Source of the DNA: Aureliella sp.
GTDB taxonomy: Bacteria > Planctomycetota > Planctomycetia > Pirellulales > Pirellulaceae
Reading direction: 5' to 3'
Length of the DNA stretch: 64,000 bases
NCBI GenBank assembly: GCA_963691875.1
Contig: OY829846.1
Coordinates: forward strand, 4,064,001 to 4,128,000
Below the pieces are notes generated by a model. That model made no database searches. It was not told the DNA's origin and worked only from the letters and a program-made list of their open reading frames with translations. Every line of letters begins with the position of its first letter. Positions within the stretch are counted from its first letter, which is position 1. Shown here piece by piece: positions 38,236 to 47,880 of this stretch. The translations under genes and the position numbers were made by a program.

Positions 38236-40974
38236 TTACTGAGCTTGTGATTGAGTGCTGAGCAGTTTGGCATCGTTGAGTTGCCACGTCCAGATTTGGC
38301 CGAGTTGGCCCCCAGCGGAAACTTTGGTTTCGTCGCCAGAGACGGTCACGCCAAAAACTGCATCCTTTGCACCTGAGAAGACCCGAAGTTGCTTTCCGTC
38401 ATCAGCGTTATAGAGGCGGATCGAGCCAGCAGCGTCGGACATGACAAAGTGATGGGTCAAGCCAACGAACTGTACCGCCGTGACTTCCTTGCGAAAACCT
38501 CCGATGGTTCGGATCTGTTCGCCCGATTCGGCTCGCCAGACTTTAATGCTGGCATCCGCGCTGGCCGTAACGAGCACCTGCCCGTCATCTTGCCAGGCAA
38601 GGCCCAGAATGTGGTGAGTATGGCCTTCAAAAGATCTCAGAGCTTCCCCTGAGACGACATTGAGTGTCTTGCATAGTTTGTCCGCCCCAGCGCTCGCCAG
38701 CTGACGACCATCGGGCGAGAATTTCAAGCTCAAGACCGTATCGCTGTGCACTTCACCCAAGTTCTTTACAACTTGACCTGATTCGACGGAAACAAGGTGC
38801 ACATCACCAAAGCGACTGGGTGGGCCGCTGCCAACAGCGAGCATCTTTCCATCGGGACTGAAGTCTAGAGCCGTGATGCGATCGCTGAAGGGCGACTGTT
38901 CTGGATTGCCCAAGTTGTGCTCCAACAGCCAACTCGGTTTTAGCGGCAAGGAAAGCAATTGCCCTGACGTAGTAATGCCCTGCAGCCCAGTGTGATTCAA
39001 GGGCAAGAGATGCATCAAAGTGTCGCTCGTCGCGAGATTCAGCTCGGGTGAACCATTGCTCAGAGAATAAATGCGGAGTTGCTTGTCACCGCCAGCTAAC
39101 ACCGCCTGTGATCCATCGGGCGAAACTTCGGCGGCAAGGATTTCCTTTGGAATCGCCGTGGTCTCGACATTTTGTAAGCTTTGCTCAAGTTGCTTCTGCA
39201 GTTCTTGCTCGCGTGTGATAAGTTGTTCTAGCTCAGGGATTTTGGCTGCAGCCCGATCGGCACTGTCCTTGGCGGCGGCCAGTGCTTGATCCCGTTCGGC
39301 GAGATCGGCTTGGGCGACTTGGCGTTTTCCATCTGCAGCGGTGACGGCTTTCTTTTTGTCTTCGAGTCCCTTGTTGGCGGTTTCCAGCTGTTTTTGTGCT
39401 GCTGCAACAGCAGCCTGAGCGACAGCTACGGCTTTCTCGGCATTCTGAACTTCAACCTTGGCTGCTTTGACGGCTTTGTCCTCGGTATCGAGTTTCGTTT
39501 GTGCCTTGTCACGCGTTTCCTGTACCTTCTTGAGTGCGGCTTGCTCTTTCTCGGATGCTTTCTTTAGATCTGGTAAGCGTTTGTTGAAGCGTTCGACGGT
39601 GGCTTGTTGGCGTTTGACGTTGCGACTGGCAAACCGAAGCTGTTGGTTGCGCTTATAGTCTGAATCCAGAGTCGCGATGGTTTTGCCTGTCGAGCTGTCC
39701 CAAATCTGTGCCGGCTTGCCTTGGCTTGCTACCAAGACTCGGTTGTTTGCTGGCACGAAGGAAAGGGACTGAACCGGGGCTCCCGTCTCGAATTGTTTTT
39801 GGACTGAAAGCTCGTCGCCTGAAACAGCAATGAGCCGAACGGAACCGGAAGACGTTCCCAAAACCAGTTGATTTCCACTCGAGTCTGGGCAATGCATCGC
39901 AGTGAGAGAATTTTGCTGATCCCAGACTTTGAGCTCTGAGAGCTTGCCGTCGGAGACATGGCATCGAAAGAGCTTGCCATCCTGCGTAATTCCAAAGATG
40001 CGGTCAGTTGCGAGTTGAAGGGAGCTTGTTGGAAACGGACTGTCTTGTGCGACTTCTCGAATCTGAAATCTGTCCGGTGTTTTCTCGGCCAGTTTCCAAT
40101 CGCCAGACTGATCCACAGAGAGTAATCTTGTTGGGTTGAGCCACAGGGTTGATGCGACGGGGGTGGTGTGAGCTTTCAGGAATCGCGAAGATTGACCCGT
40201 TGCAAGATTGACGATCTCCAACGAGCCGGTTTTGTCTGCATAGGCAAGGTGTGTTCCATCAGGGGAAACCGGACGGCGCGAGAGCTTCTTTGCTTGTAAT
40301 CCGCTAAGCAGCTTTTGAGGTTCATTACTGCGTCTCCAAATTTTGACGTTGCGGTAGCCACCAGTGGCCATTCGATTGCTGTCCGAGCTAAATGCAATGG
40401 ACTGCACGATGTCCAGATGTGCTGCGGAACCTGCGTTGTCAATTCTGCTGGGCGCGATGCTTGGGTCTGAAGACTGGATCAAAACATCCGTGCCACGACC
40501 AAAGGCCATATGCTGCCCATCTTGAGAAGCGGCCAAAGCATAGATGGGGCGAAGGTTGGCAGGTAATGGTTGGAAATTCAACTTGTTTGAAACGCGCATG
40601 GTTCCCGGCTTGGCACCGGCAAGAATCCACTTCGCAAGCGTCTGTATTTGTGCTGGCGAGAGTAGCTTCGCACCGACATCGTTTTCCTCCGGCGGCATCG
40701 GGTCGTCCGGGTCTTTCACACGATCGAGCAAGTAGCTTGCCGCGAGATCACCTGCGACGATGGAGTCGCCGCTGTCGCCGCCTTTCATCAAGGCTGCGTG
40801 CGATTCTAGGTCGAGCCCGCCTTCGGCCTTCTTGGCGTTATGGCAAGCGATACAGTTCTTAGAAAATACTGGCGCAATGTCCCTACCAAAGTCCACGGAG
40901 TCGTCGGCCTGCACTGCGGCAAAGGGCAGTGATACGAGCAAAGCAACAAAGAGTACTCGGGATGGAAAAACCAT
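38236..40974 (-). CDS. Planctomycete cytochrome c + WD40 propellers + coiled-coil protein
   Basis: Signal peptide. VDFGRDIAPVFSKNCIACH, WD40 repeats (FSPDG, GHTHHILGLAW), central Ala/Lys/Gln coiled coil. Confidence 0.9.
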   Translation of the reverse strand: MVFPSRVLFVALLVSLPFAAVQADDSVDFGRDIAPVFSKNCIACHNAKKAEGGLDLESHAALMKGGDSGDSIVAGDLAASYLLDRVKDPDDPMPPEENDVGAKLLSPAQIQTLAKWILAGAKPGTMRVSNKLNFQPLPANLRPIYALAASQDGQHMAFGRGTDVLIQSSDPSIAPSRIDNAGSAAHLDIVQSIAFSSDSNRMATGGYRNVKIWRRSNEPQKLLSGLQAKKLSRRPVSPDGTHLAYADKTGSLEIVNLATGQSSRFLKAHTTPVASTLWLNPTRLLSVDQSGDWKLAEKTPDRFQIREVAQDSPFPTSSLQLATDRIFGITQDGKLFRCHVSDGKLSELKVWDQQNSLTAMHCPDSSGNQLVLGTSSGSVRLIAVSGDELSVQKQFETGAPVQSLSFVPANNRVLVASQGKPAQIWDSSTGKTIATLDSDYKRNQQLRFASRNVKRQQATVERFNKRLPDLKKASEKEQAALKKVQETRDKAQTKLDTEDKAVKAAKVEVQNAEKAVAVAQAAVAAAQKQLETANKGLEDKKKAVTAADGKRQVAQADLAERDQALAAAKDSADRAAAKIPELEQLITREQELQKQLEQSLQNVETTAIPKEILAAEVSPDGSQAVLAGGDKQLRIYSLSNGSPELNLATSDTLMHLLPLNHTGLQGITTSGQLLSLPLKPSWLLEHNLGNPEQSPFSDRITALDFSPDGKMLAVGSGPPSRFGDVHLVSVESGQVVKNLGEVHSDTVLSLKFSPDGRQLASAGADKLCKTLNVVSGEALRSFEGHTHHILGLAWQDDGQVLVTASADASIKVWRAESGEQIRTIGGFRKEVTAVQFVGLTHHFVMSDAAGSIRLYNADDGKQLRVFSGAKDAVFGVTVSGDETKVSAGGQLGQIWTWQLNDAKLLSTQSQAQ

Positions 40975-41015
40975 GACAAAGTCCAAAGCGAGGAGAGTAT
41001 TTTCGATGTAGAAGT

Positions 41016-43196
41016 CTACTTGCTGTCTTTTTTCTCTGGCGGCAAGATTCGTATTCGAACCGACGTGGAGGGTACCCAAGCGGTGATGTTTTGCGCGGCT
41101 GTTTGCTTTTTAACGGTTTCAACGATTTGGGTTTGTTTTTGAACTGCGGCGTCAAGCTTCATTTTCTCATCGGGCGAGATTCCAGCCTTGGCCGCTGCCT
41201 GGTTGAGTTGCTTAAGATACTGCTCAGCTCGGGTCTGAGTCTGGGGGTTGGCCCGCCAAGCCACTTTGAGTTCGCCGAGCATCCACAACGTAGCTTCGCC
41301 CAATGGAGCATCGCCAGCGACTTCGATTGTGGCTTTTCCATCGGCTTTGTCTTTGGCGATTTTTACTTCTCCAAGTTTGACCTTTGGCGGGAGATTTTGT
41401 GGGCGCAGAATACACTCCACGTTGCCTCCAGCACGACGAGTTAGCTTGACAGGTATCTCCAGCTTTGTGCCTTGACGGACCTCCAAGACATTACCATCGC
41501 CGAGTTGAGCAAACACTGGTGCCTTGTCGCTTTCGTTAATGCTCAGATGCAACTGATTCGTCAATCTTGACTGGATACGGTTGCGAGTGGAAGAAGCAGT
41601 CAAGCAAACGGTACTAATCTTGGCTCGCGACTCAATGGCTTTGTTGGCGAAGTTCGCACGTCCAACGATGTGTACTGGGCCATGCCAGGCAGCTGCACTC
41701 TCGTCGGCGGTGATAACAAGGGCTTCTTCGGTTACGCCAGGAGACATCACAACGGGTGGGCAATGAAGTGTGGCCGGCAATCCTTCTAAGTTCAATTCAA
41801 TGGCGCCGTTGAATCCGTTTCGGCGATCAACCAGAATACGAATGGCTTCGGTTCCACCGGCCATGATGTTGCATCCGAAAGGCTTGACTGCGGCACGATT
41901 GTTGTTCGGGTAAACGGGTGTTGCGAGAAGTCGAAAACTGGGTTGTTGGAGGCCGGCTTCTAGCAAGAACCCTTGGGACCCGATAGGTTGCTTGCCAGAT
42001 TGTAGATTTAGTAGTTTGATTCGGAATTTGCCGTCAGCGGGTGCTGTCCAGCGGATCAGAGGGTCGAGTCTGCGAAGCAGCATTTCTGGGCCGCCGAGAT
42101 TGCTTTGGTCATCTTGTTGGCTCAGCTGCTGTGTCTGCAGCTCTGCTCCTTCGCCTTGAAGCGAGTAGATGACCATCTGAGGATCGGTCTGCTGCTGTAG
42201 TGCAGAAGAGCTGACTTCAAAAGAAACGACCTGTCCTTTCTTGGCATCGAAGTCGTAATGCACTGCTCCCGATGCGAAGTCGCCTCGAATCAAGAACGGC
42301 AGTGTCAAGCGGTCGCCGCTGTTTGGACTACTTGGTGCAATCGATTGTGCTTTTCGAGGGTCAGCTAGGCTTGTGAGCTTATGGAAACGTGTATCCGAAT
42401 GCGGAAAATCCAAACTGGGACGCAGCAAGCGATCCAGCTCGGTGCCCGCGTCGGCTGATTCCATGCTGATCTCTTGGTCGGAGCGCTGGACTTCCAACGC
42501 AAAGGCGTACTCTTCGCCTCCGAGGAAGAGGAAGTCGTGTAGCTCGAGAAATAGCGTGGTGTCTTCGTTAACTTGATGTTGGAGTTCAGCTGGCCAGAAT
42601 CCTTTGGCATGCGAGCGAGAAATCTCAGTGCCATCTTCGCGGCGGAGTGTGATACTGGGGATGGCTCGTGAGTCGAATTGTCGCGCATAGGCTGTTGCTC
42701 GCAACCATTGCCCTTGTGCGACTTTGACTTGGAAGTAGGTACGTTGGTGCGGTTGGAAAACTTGAGAGTAGATGTGACCAGGTTCTGCCTCCTGCGCGAG
42801 CACTTGATTGCTGTGATCGCCAGCGACAGCTACGACCGGTTGAGTAGTTAGCAGCAGCGGCCGCGGGTTGGAAACGCCGAAGCGGCCAAGTGTTCGAACT
42901 TGGGCAATTCCTGGTTTCGCGTCAGTCGCAACGCTTAGATCAAAAACACCTTTTCTCACACCCACGGTTTGCAACAGCTCAGGGGCAGCGAGCTGTTGCG
43001 TCGCGGTGATCTTCTCCGAAGAGAATACCAGCTTTTGAAGTTCGGTGAGGTTTTGCCCGCGAGGTTGGAAAGTAGTTTTGCTTCCAATCTGAACGCATGT
43101 AGCCGAGAGAGTGCGTAGCTCCGCAGTCGGAAATTCGGCTGACGCGATACATGAGAAAGCAAGAAGCAATCCAACAGTGCAGGTGGATCTCAACAC
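41016..43196 (-). CDS. Exported PPC/Ig-like domain protein typical of DUF1501-DUF1549 operons
   Basis: Signal peptide. GRFGVSNPR, PPC-like beta repeats (FDAKKGQ, DPLIRWTAPADG), RRNGFNGAIEL. Confidence 0.8.
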   Translation of the reverse strand: MLRSTCTVGLLLAFSCIASAEFPTAELRTLSATCVQIGSKTTFQPRGQNLTELQKLVFSSEKITATQQLAAPELLQTVGVRKGVFDLSVATDAKPGIAQVRTLGRFGVSNPRPLLLTTQPVVAVAGDHSNQVLAQEAEPGHIYSQVFQPHQRTYFQVKVAQGQWLRATAYARQFDSRAIPSITLRREDGTEISRSHAKGFWPAELQHQVNEDTTLFLELHDFLFLGGEEYAFALEVQRSDQEISMESADAGTELDRLLRPSLDFPHSDTRFHKLTSLADPRKAQSIAPSSPNSGDRLTLPFLIRGDFASGAVHYDFDAKKGQVVSFEVSSSALQQQTDPQMVIYSLQGEGAELQTQQLSQQDDQSNLGGPEMLLRRLDPLIRWTAPADGKFRIKLLNLQSGKQPIGSQGFLLEAGLQQPSFRLLATPVYPNNNRAAVKPFGCNIMAGGTEAIRILVDRRNGFNGAIELNLEGLPATLHCPPVVMSPGVTEEALVITADESAAAWHGPVHIVGRANFANKAIESRAKISTVCLTASSTRNRIQSRLTNQLHLSINESDKAPVFAQLGDGNVLEVRQGTKLEIPVKLTRRAGGNVECILRPQNLPPKVKLGEVKIAKDKADGKATIEVAGDAPLGEATLWMLGELKVAWRANPQTQTRAEQYLKQLNQAAAKAGISPDEKMKLDAAVQKQTQIVETVKKQTAAQNITAWVPSTSVRIRILPPEKKDSK

Positions 43197-43446
43197 AGTG
43201 AGGTTACCGGAAGGGAAGGGAAGGAAGGCAGGAGGCTCTATTCTAGTTCAGGTTTTCTCCAAGCGGCACCGTCTTTCAGCTGTTTCAGCATCAGCTGCGG
43301 TTTTGGGGAAGGCGTTCGGCCGCGAGTTGAATTGGCGAGCAAAAACGGCATGCACTCGCGATAACTGGCGCATTCTGTTGGGCTTCTGCTTGGTTGTTGT
43401 AGAACCGGAACGAACGGTCTGCGGCTGAAGTTCCAAGCGCAAACGG

Positions 43447-46053
43447 TTAATGATTGAACAAGAATTCCTTGGTGTTGAGCAAGGCCCAAACCAAGTCTTC
43501 AAAAGCGGCGCGGCGGAACTTGGCTGGGTCGGCACCTTCTGGCAGAGCTTTCGACAAGTACTGAATAGCGACTTGCAACTCTTCGGCATCTGGCTCGCGG
43601 CTCAGAGCGGTGAGATAGAGTTCCTCGATCAGCGTCTTGGGATCACCAGAGCTTGCCGCCAAGGAAGCGGCGCGGCCTGTGTCTTGCGCAAGTTTTTGCT
43701 GTACTTCCTTCGAATTCAACAAGTGAAGACTCTGCGCCAACGTTGCTTCGTTGGAGCGCTCACATTCACAGGCAGTCGCGGAGTCCGGTGAACCAAAAAC
43801 ATCCATGAAGTAGGATTTGTAGCTTGTGTCCGGAAGGCTGACGGCCCGCGTGTTGCTGGGTAATCCGGCGAAGGCAGTCTGCGTCATCGCTACTTGATCG
43901 ACAGCATCCAGCAAAACTTCGGATTGAAGTCGCTTGGGATAGAACCGTGAGTAGCTGTTGTTGTCTCGTAAGTTGTATTCGTTGGCGGTTGCGCTAAGGC
44001 GATAAGTCGACGAAGTGCATATCAGATGCAATAGCTTGCGGATGTTATAGTCGTTCTGCACAAAATGCTGAGACAATCTATCCAAGAGCTCGACATTCGA
44101 GGGCGGATTGGTGACTCGCATGTCATCTTCAGGTTCGACCATTCCTGTGGCAAAGAAGTGCTTCCAGTAACGGTTGACGAGTGAGCGAGCAAAGAAGGGA
44201 TTCTCTGGAGCAACCATCCAGTCAACGAGGGATTCGCGTGGATCGGCCTCTTGGTTGAGATCGAGAGGTGCTGCATCGAGACCAGCAGGTTTCAGGTTTT
44301 CGCCCGTTTTGGGATGCCTAGCGCTAGCTCCACCGAAACGTGAAACGAAGATCGGCTCTTCAGGTGTGTCCCCGTTCTTCTTCTGTACTTTGGAAAAGAA
44401 GGCGGCCATTTGGAAGTAGTCGCGCTGACTCCACTTTTCAAAGGGATGGTGGTGGCAACGGGCACACTGCATGCGTTGTCCAAGAAAGAGCTGAGCGGCG
44501 TCTTCGACCCGAGACTCCGTGTTGTTGACTTCACGGAACCAAGCTACGGGCGGGTTGGATTCGACTGAGCCCGTGGCGGTCAGCAGCTCCCGAACGAGTT
44601 CATCGTAGGGTTTGTTCTGATGGAAGCTGGACCGTAGCCAATCATGGAAGGCAAAATTGCCAAATTGATAGCCAGCGTTGGATCGGCGATTACGAAGAAT
44701 CGTGACCCACTTGCGAGCGAAGAACTCAGCGTGATCGGAGCTTTCGAGCAGCCTTTCGACCAGCTTTTCGTGCTTGTCGGCGCTTTGATCAGCCAGAAAG
44801 GCTCGGGTTTCCTCAATTTGTGGGAGGCGACCGGCCAAGTCTAAAGTGACACGGCGGATAAACGTGGCATCATCGCATTCTGAACTCGGTGGAATCCCAA
44901 GCGACTTGAGCTTCGCGAAGACCAACTCATCGACCAAGTTGCGTGTTGGCGGCCAAGCTGCCTCGGAGATGTCCTCGCCCAATGGAATGCTGGCTTGGAA
45001 GACAGCGACTTGGCCTTGGAATCGAGCCATCACGGAAACGACGCCAGATTGATTTTTCAGCGATACGAGACCATGTTCGTCGACGTCCGCCAGATCTTTA
45101 TTGTTGGATTCATACTGCACCGTGTGAGTGATGTCTTCGACCGACCCGTCACTGTAGCGTGCGACGACAGCCAGTTGTTGGGTGGATTCTCGTTGCAGGC
45201 GGCGGTGGTTGGGAAGCATTTCAATCTCGGTCAGCACTGGATCTTGTTCCGAGCCGTAGGGCATCCCGGATGCAATCCAGCGTTTTAGGAGCCGGTATTC
45301 GTGCGTGTCGGCGTCCATTCGTTGGCCGCCGCCGTGAGGCGAAGCATTGATGGCTTTTTGCAGTAGGAGGCTCTTGTCTGGTACTGCTGGGAACAATCTT
45401 CTGCCGCGTGACTCGCGCACCAAGTGTTCGTAGTCTTCTTTCGGTTCAAAGCCAAGCAATGACAGTTTGAATCCCGCTTGTCCGGCTGCTTTGCCATGAC
45501 AGCCGCCGCCATTGCAGCCCATTTTGGTAAAGATGGGAACGACTTGATTGGCAAAGTTGACGGGCTGCGTGGCATCGAGACCGGTTACTTTGAGCGCGAT
45601 CTGGGCTATGTTGCCCGAGGAATCAGTGGCTTGGATCGAAGCCTGGCCGTTCGTTAGTGGTCGGAGATAACCAGCTGCGTCCACTTCAGCGATGGCAGGT
45701 TTGATTTCGAATGTTACAGCTCGAGTGACGTCTTGGCTGTCCGATTTAGTGGCATTGTCGGGAATCGCTCCGTCGATCGAAGCGTTTTCCACTAGCAGCA
45801 ATTGGCTCACTTGGAGTTGCCAGCGAGCGTCGACACCGCGGAGGTGGATAGCGTCTGAAGAGCCAGTACTCGCAGAGCGTTCGAAACGGAGTCTAGCCGA
45901 GTTGGGCTCCGTGGCGGGGCAAGTGCCGACGAGCAATAGCAAAGCAATCGTGGCATGGGCTTCTAGCCTGTGACCACGGAGAGCAAAAGCAAGCAGATTG
46001 ATGACGAAAGTCTTGACGACTTCCGCTATGGAGAATTGAAGCGGTTTGGCCAT
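43447..46053 (-). CDS. DUF1549/DUF1553 protein with Ig-like (Big_2) domains and heme motifs
   Basis: GCNGGGCHG, NLVDELVFAKL, FIRRVTLDLAGRLP, QCARCHHHPFEKW, VNRYWKHFF, WALLNTKEFLFNH. AGGAG SD 7 nt before ATG 46053. Confidence 0.93.
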   Translation of the reverse strand: MAKPLQFSIAEVVKTFVINLLAFALRGHRLEAHATIALLLLVGTCPATEPNSARLRFERSASTGSSDAIHLRGVDARWQLQVSQLLLVENASIDGAIPDNATKSDSQDVTRAVTFEIKPAIAEVDAAGYLRPLTNGQASIQATDSSGNIAQIALKVTGLDATQPVNFANQVVPIFTKMGCNGGGCHGKAAGQAGFKLSLLGFEPKEDYEHLVRESRGRRLFPAVPDKSLLLQKAINASPHGGGQRMDADTHEYRLLKRWIASGMPYGSEQDPVLTEIEMLPNHRRLQRESTQQLAVVARYSDGSVEDITHTVQYESNNKDLADVDEHGLVSLKNQSGVVSVMARFQGQVAVFQASIPLGEDISEAAWPPTRNLVDELVFAKLKSLGIPPSSECDDATFIRRVTLDLAGRLPQIEETRAFLADQSADKHEKLVERLLESSDHAEFFARKWVTILRNRRSNAGYQFGNFAFHDWLRSSFHQNKPYDELVRELLTATGSVESNPPVAWFREVNNTESRVEDAAQLFLGQRMQCARCHHHPFEKWSQRDYFQMAAFFSKVQKKNGDTPEEPIFVSRFGGASARHPKTGENLKPAGLDAAPLDLNQEADPRESLVDWMVAPENPFFARSLVNRYWKHFFATGMVEPEDDMRVTNPPSNVELLDRLSQHFVQNDYNIRKLLHLICTSSTYRLSATANEYNLRDNNSYSRFYPKRLQSEVLLDAVDQVAMTQTAFAGLPSNTRAVSLPDTSYKSYFMDVFGSPDSATACECERSNEATLAQSLHLLNSKEVQQKLAQDTGRAASLAASSGDPKTLIEELYLTALSREPDAEELQVAIQYLSKALPEGADPAKFRRAAFEDLVWALLNTKEFLFNH
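45950..46029. repeat. Two REP-like palindromes (family B on +, family A on -) inside the 5' end of the DUF1549/1553 CDS
   Basis: GTGG-CATGGGCT-TCT-AGCCTGTG (45950-45972) and minus-strand ATAG-CGGAAGTC-GTCAA-GACTTTCG (46029-46005). Confidence 0.8.
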
Positions 46054-46063
46054 GAATCCGCTC

Positions 46064-47425
46064 CTAAATCAATTCGGCGATGGGGTCGTGATCGACCAAG
46101 TACTGCGGGCGACCGGTTGGGTCTTGGATAGTGGTGGTCGCGGTGTTAATACCAAGTTGATGGTAGATCGTGGAGATAATTTCTTGCATATGCACAGGTC
46201 GCTCTGTGGCATACTCGCCCAAGCGGTTGGTGGCTCCGATGGCTTGTCCGCCGCGGATGCCGCCGCCTGCGATATGAGCACAGCTGACTTTGGTCCAGTG
46301 GTCTCGGCCCGCGTTGTTGTTGATTTTGGGAGTTCGTCCAAATTCACCCCACGTTACGATCGTCACGTCATCCAGGATCCCACGTTGGTCGAGATCTTCG
46401 ATGAGCGCACTCAAGCATTGGTCGAGTTTCGAACCATGATCGCGGACCAAGTCGAAATTCTGTCCGTGACTGTCCCAGCGTCCAAAGCTCAGGCTGACGC
46501 AGCGTGCTCCGGCTTCGACCAGCCGCCGAGCGATTAGCAAGTGGTCGTTGCAGGTCGGCGCGCCATCGTACTGGTACTTGTAAGGTTTACCGTCACCATA
46601 GCGCGCTACGATTTTCGGATCTTCTTTGGACAGGTCGAGAGCATCGAGCAGCTTACTACTGGTTAGAACATCGAAGGCTTTTTGCTCGAAAGCATCCATG
46701 CCTTCCATGGTTCCGCTGGCGTCGATATCCCGTCGCATGCGATCCAGTCCGGATAATAGCGATCGGCGATCTTGCAGTCGTTCAAGCGAAATATCGTTGA
46801 GCTTCATATTCTGCATCCCAGGGCCATCTGGCTTGAAGGGCGAGAAGCTGCTGCCGAGAAAGCCTGCTGAGCCAGAGTCTGACCAGGGCATGTGTTTGGT
46901 CTTCGCGGCCAGTCCAACGTAAGGTGGTACAGAGGGATCGACCGGTCCGTAGAGTTTTGCGAGAGCAGATCCGATGGCTGGCCGGCCACCAAGGTTCTTC
47001 ATGTTGACCGAATCCCAGCCACTCATGCAGCTGTAGGATTCGTGTCTGCCGTTGCAGCCGACAACGGAACGAATGACGGCCGACTTGTCCATCAGACTGG
47101 CGAGTTTTGGGAAGACTTCGCAAATCTCTACACCTGAGGCAGTTGTTGGTATCGCGCGAAACTCCCCGCGAATTTCAGTGGGGGCATCTGATTTGATTTC
47201 CCACATGTCTTGATGAGGCGGGCCACCTGCCAGGAAGACATTGATGACTGCCTTATGTCCGAGACCGGTGGTACTCTTTGCACCGGAGCCGCCAGAAGAC
47301 TCCGCTTTGAGGATGTTCGAGAGTCCAAAACCGCCGGCTCCAAAAGTGAGCCCCCCGACGGTGAGAAAACTACGACGAGAAACACCGTCACAGTAACGAC
47401 TAGATTTGCCAAGCAGAGTTAGCAT
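46064..47425 (-). CDS. DUF1501 domain protein (Tat signal)
   Basis: SRRSFL, FLAGGPPHQDMW, ARRLVEAGARCV, WDSH, WGEFGRTPKIN, GRDHW. Confidence 0.95.
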   Translation of the reverse strand: MLTLLGKSSRYCDGVSRRSFLTVGGLTFGAGGFGLSNILKAESSGGSGAKSTTGLGHKAVINVFLAGGPPHQDMWEIKSDAPTEIRGEFRAIPTTASGVEICEVFPKLASLMDKSAVIRSVVGCNGRHESYSCMSGWDSVNMKNLGGRPAIGSALAKLYGPVDPSVPPYVGLAAKTKHMPWSDSGSAGFLGSSFSPFKPDGPGMQNMKLNDISLERLQDRRSLLSGLDRMRRDIDASGTMEGMDAFEQKAFDVLTSSKLLDALDLSKEDPKIVARYGDGKPYKYQYDGAPTCNDHLLIARRLVEAGARCVSLSFGRWDSHGQNFDLVRDHGSKLDQCLSALIEDLDQRGILDDVTIVTWGEFGRTPKINNNAGRDHWTKVSCAHIAGGGIRGGQAIGATNRLGEYATERPVHMQEIISTIYHQLGINTATTTIQDPTGRPQYLVDHDPIAELI

Positions 47426-47880
47426 AAGTTGACCCCTGGAAGGAATTTAGGATCATTTGGGTGGGTTGGAAGTGGCTCCAAGGCCAAATGTTGCGGCGAC
47501 TTTCATTTCTACCACCGAAACATCTTCATAGCACGCATTCTGATCTGATTTGTCGGCACTTGGCAAGTCTGAGATGGTCATTTTTCCGGTTCGGGAGGTC
47601 AAATCAACAAAAAGCGGTTCTAGCGGGGCTCAAGACCGCTTCGGGCCGAAAGCTGCTTGTTATTGTGCATAGCCCAGATGGGTGGTTTGTGTTTCACCGT
47701 TGATTCCGTGAATCGGGTTACAAATGATTCCATAGGATTCGCATATTTGGCAATTCTTAGAGGTAAGGGATTTTCAAAAAACCACTCTGCCAGAATAGAA
47801 TCGCCCGTGGAACAGACAGGCACAGCCGGGGCTCGAAAGATCCAACGCGGGCTTCCATATCACTTTTGGAGAACTCTTCA

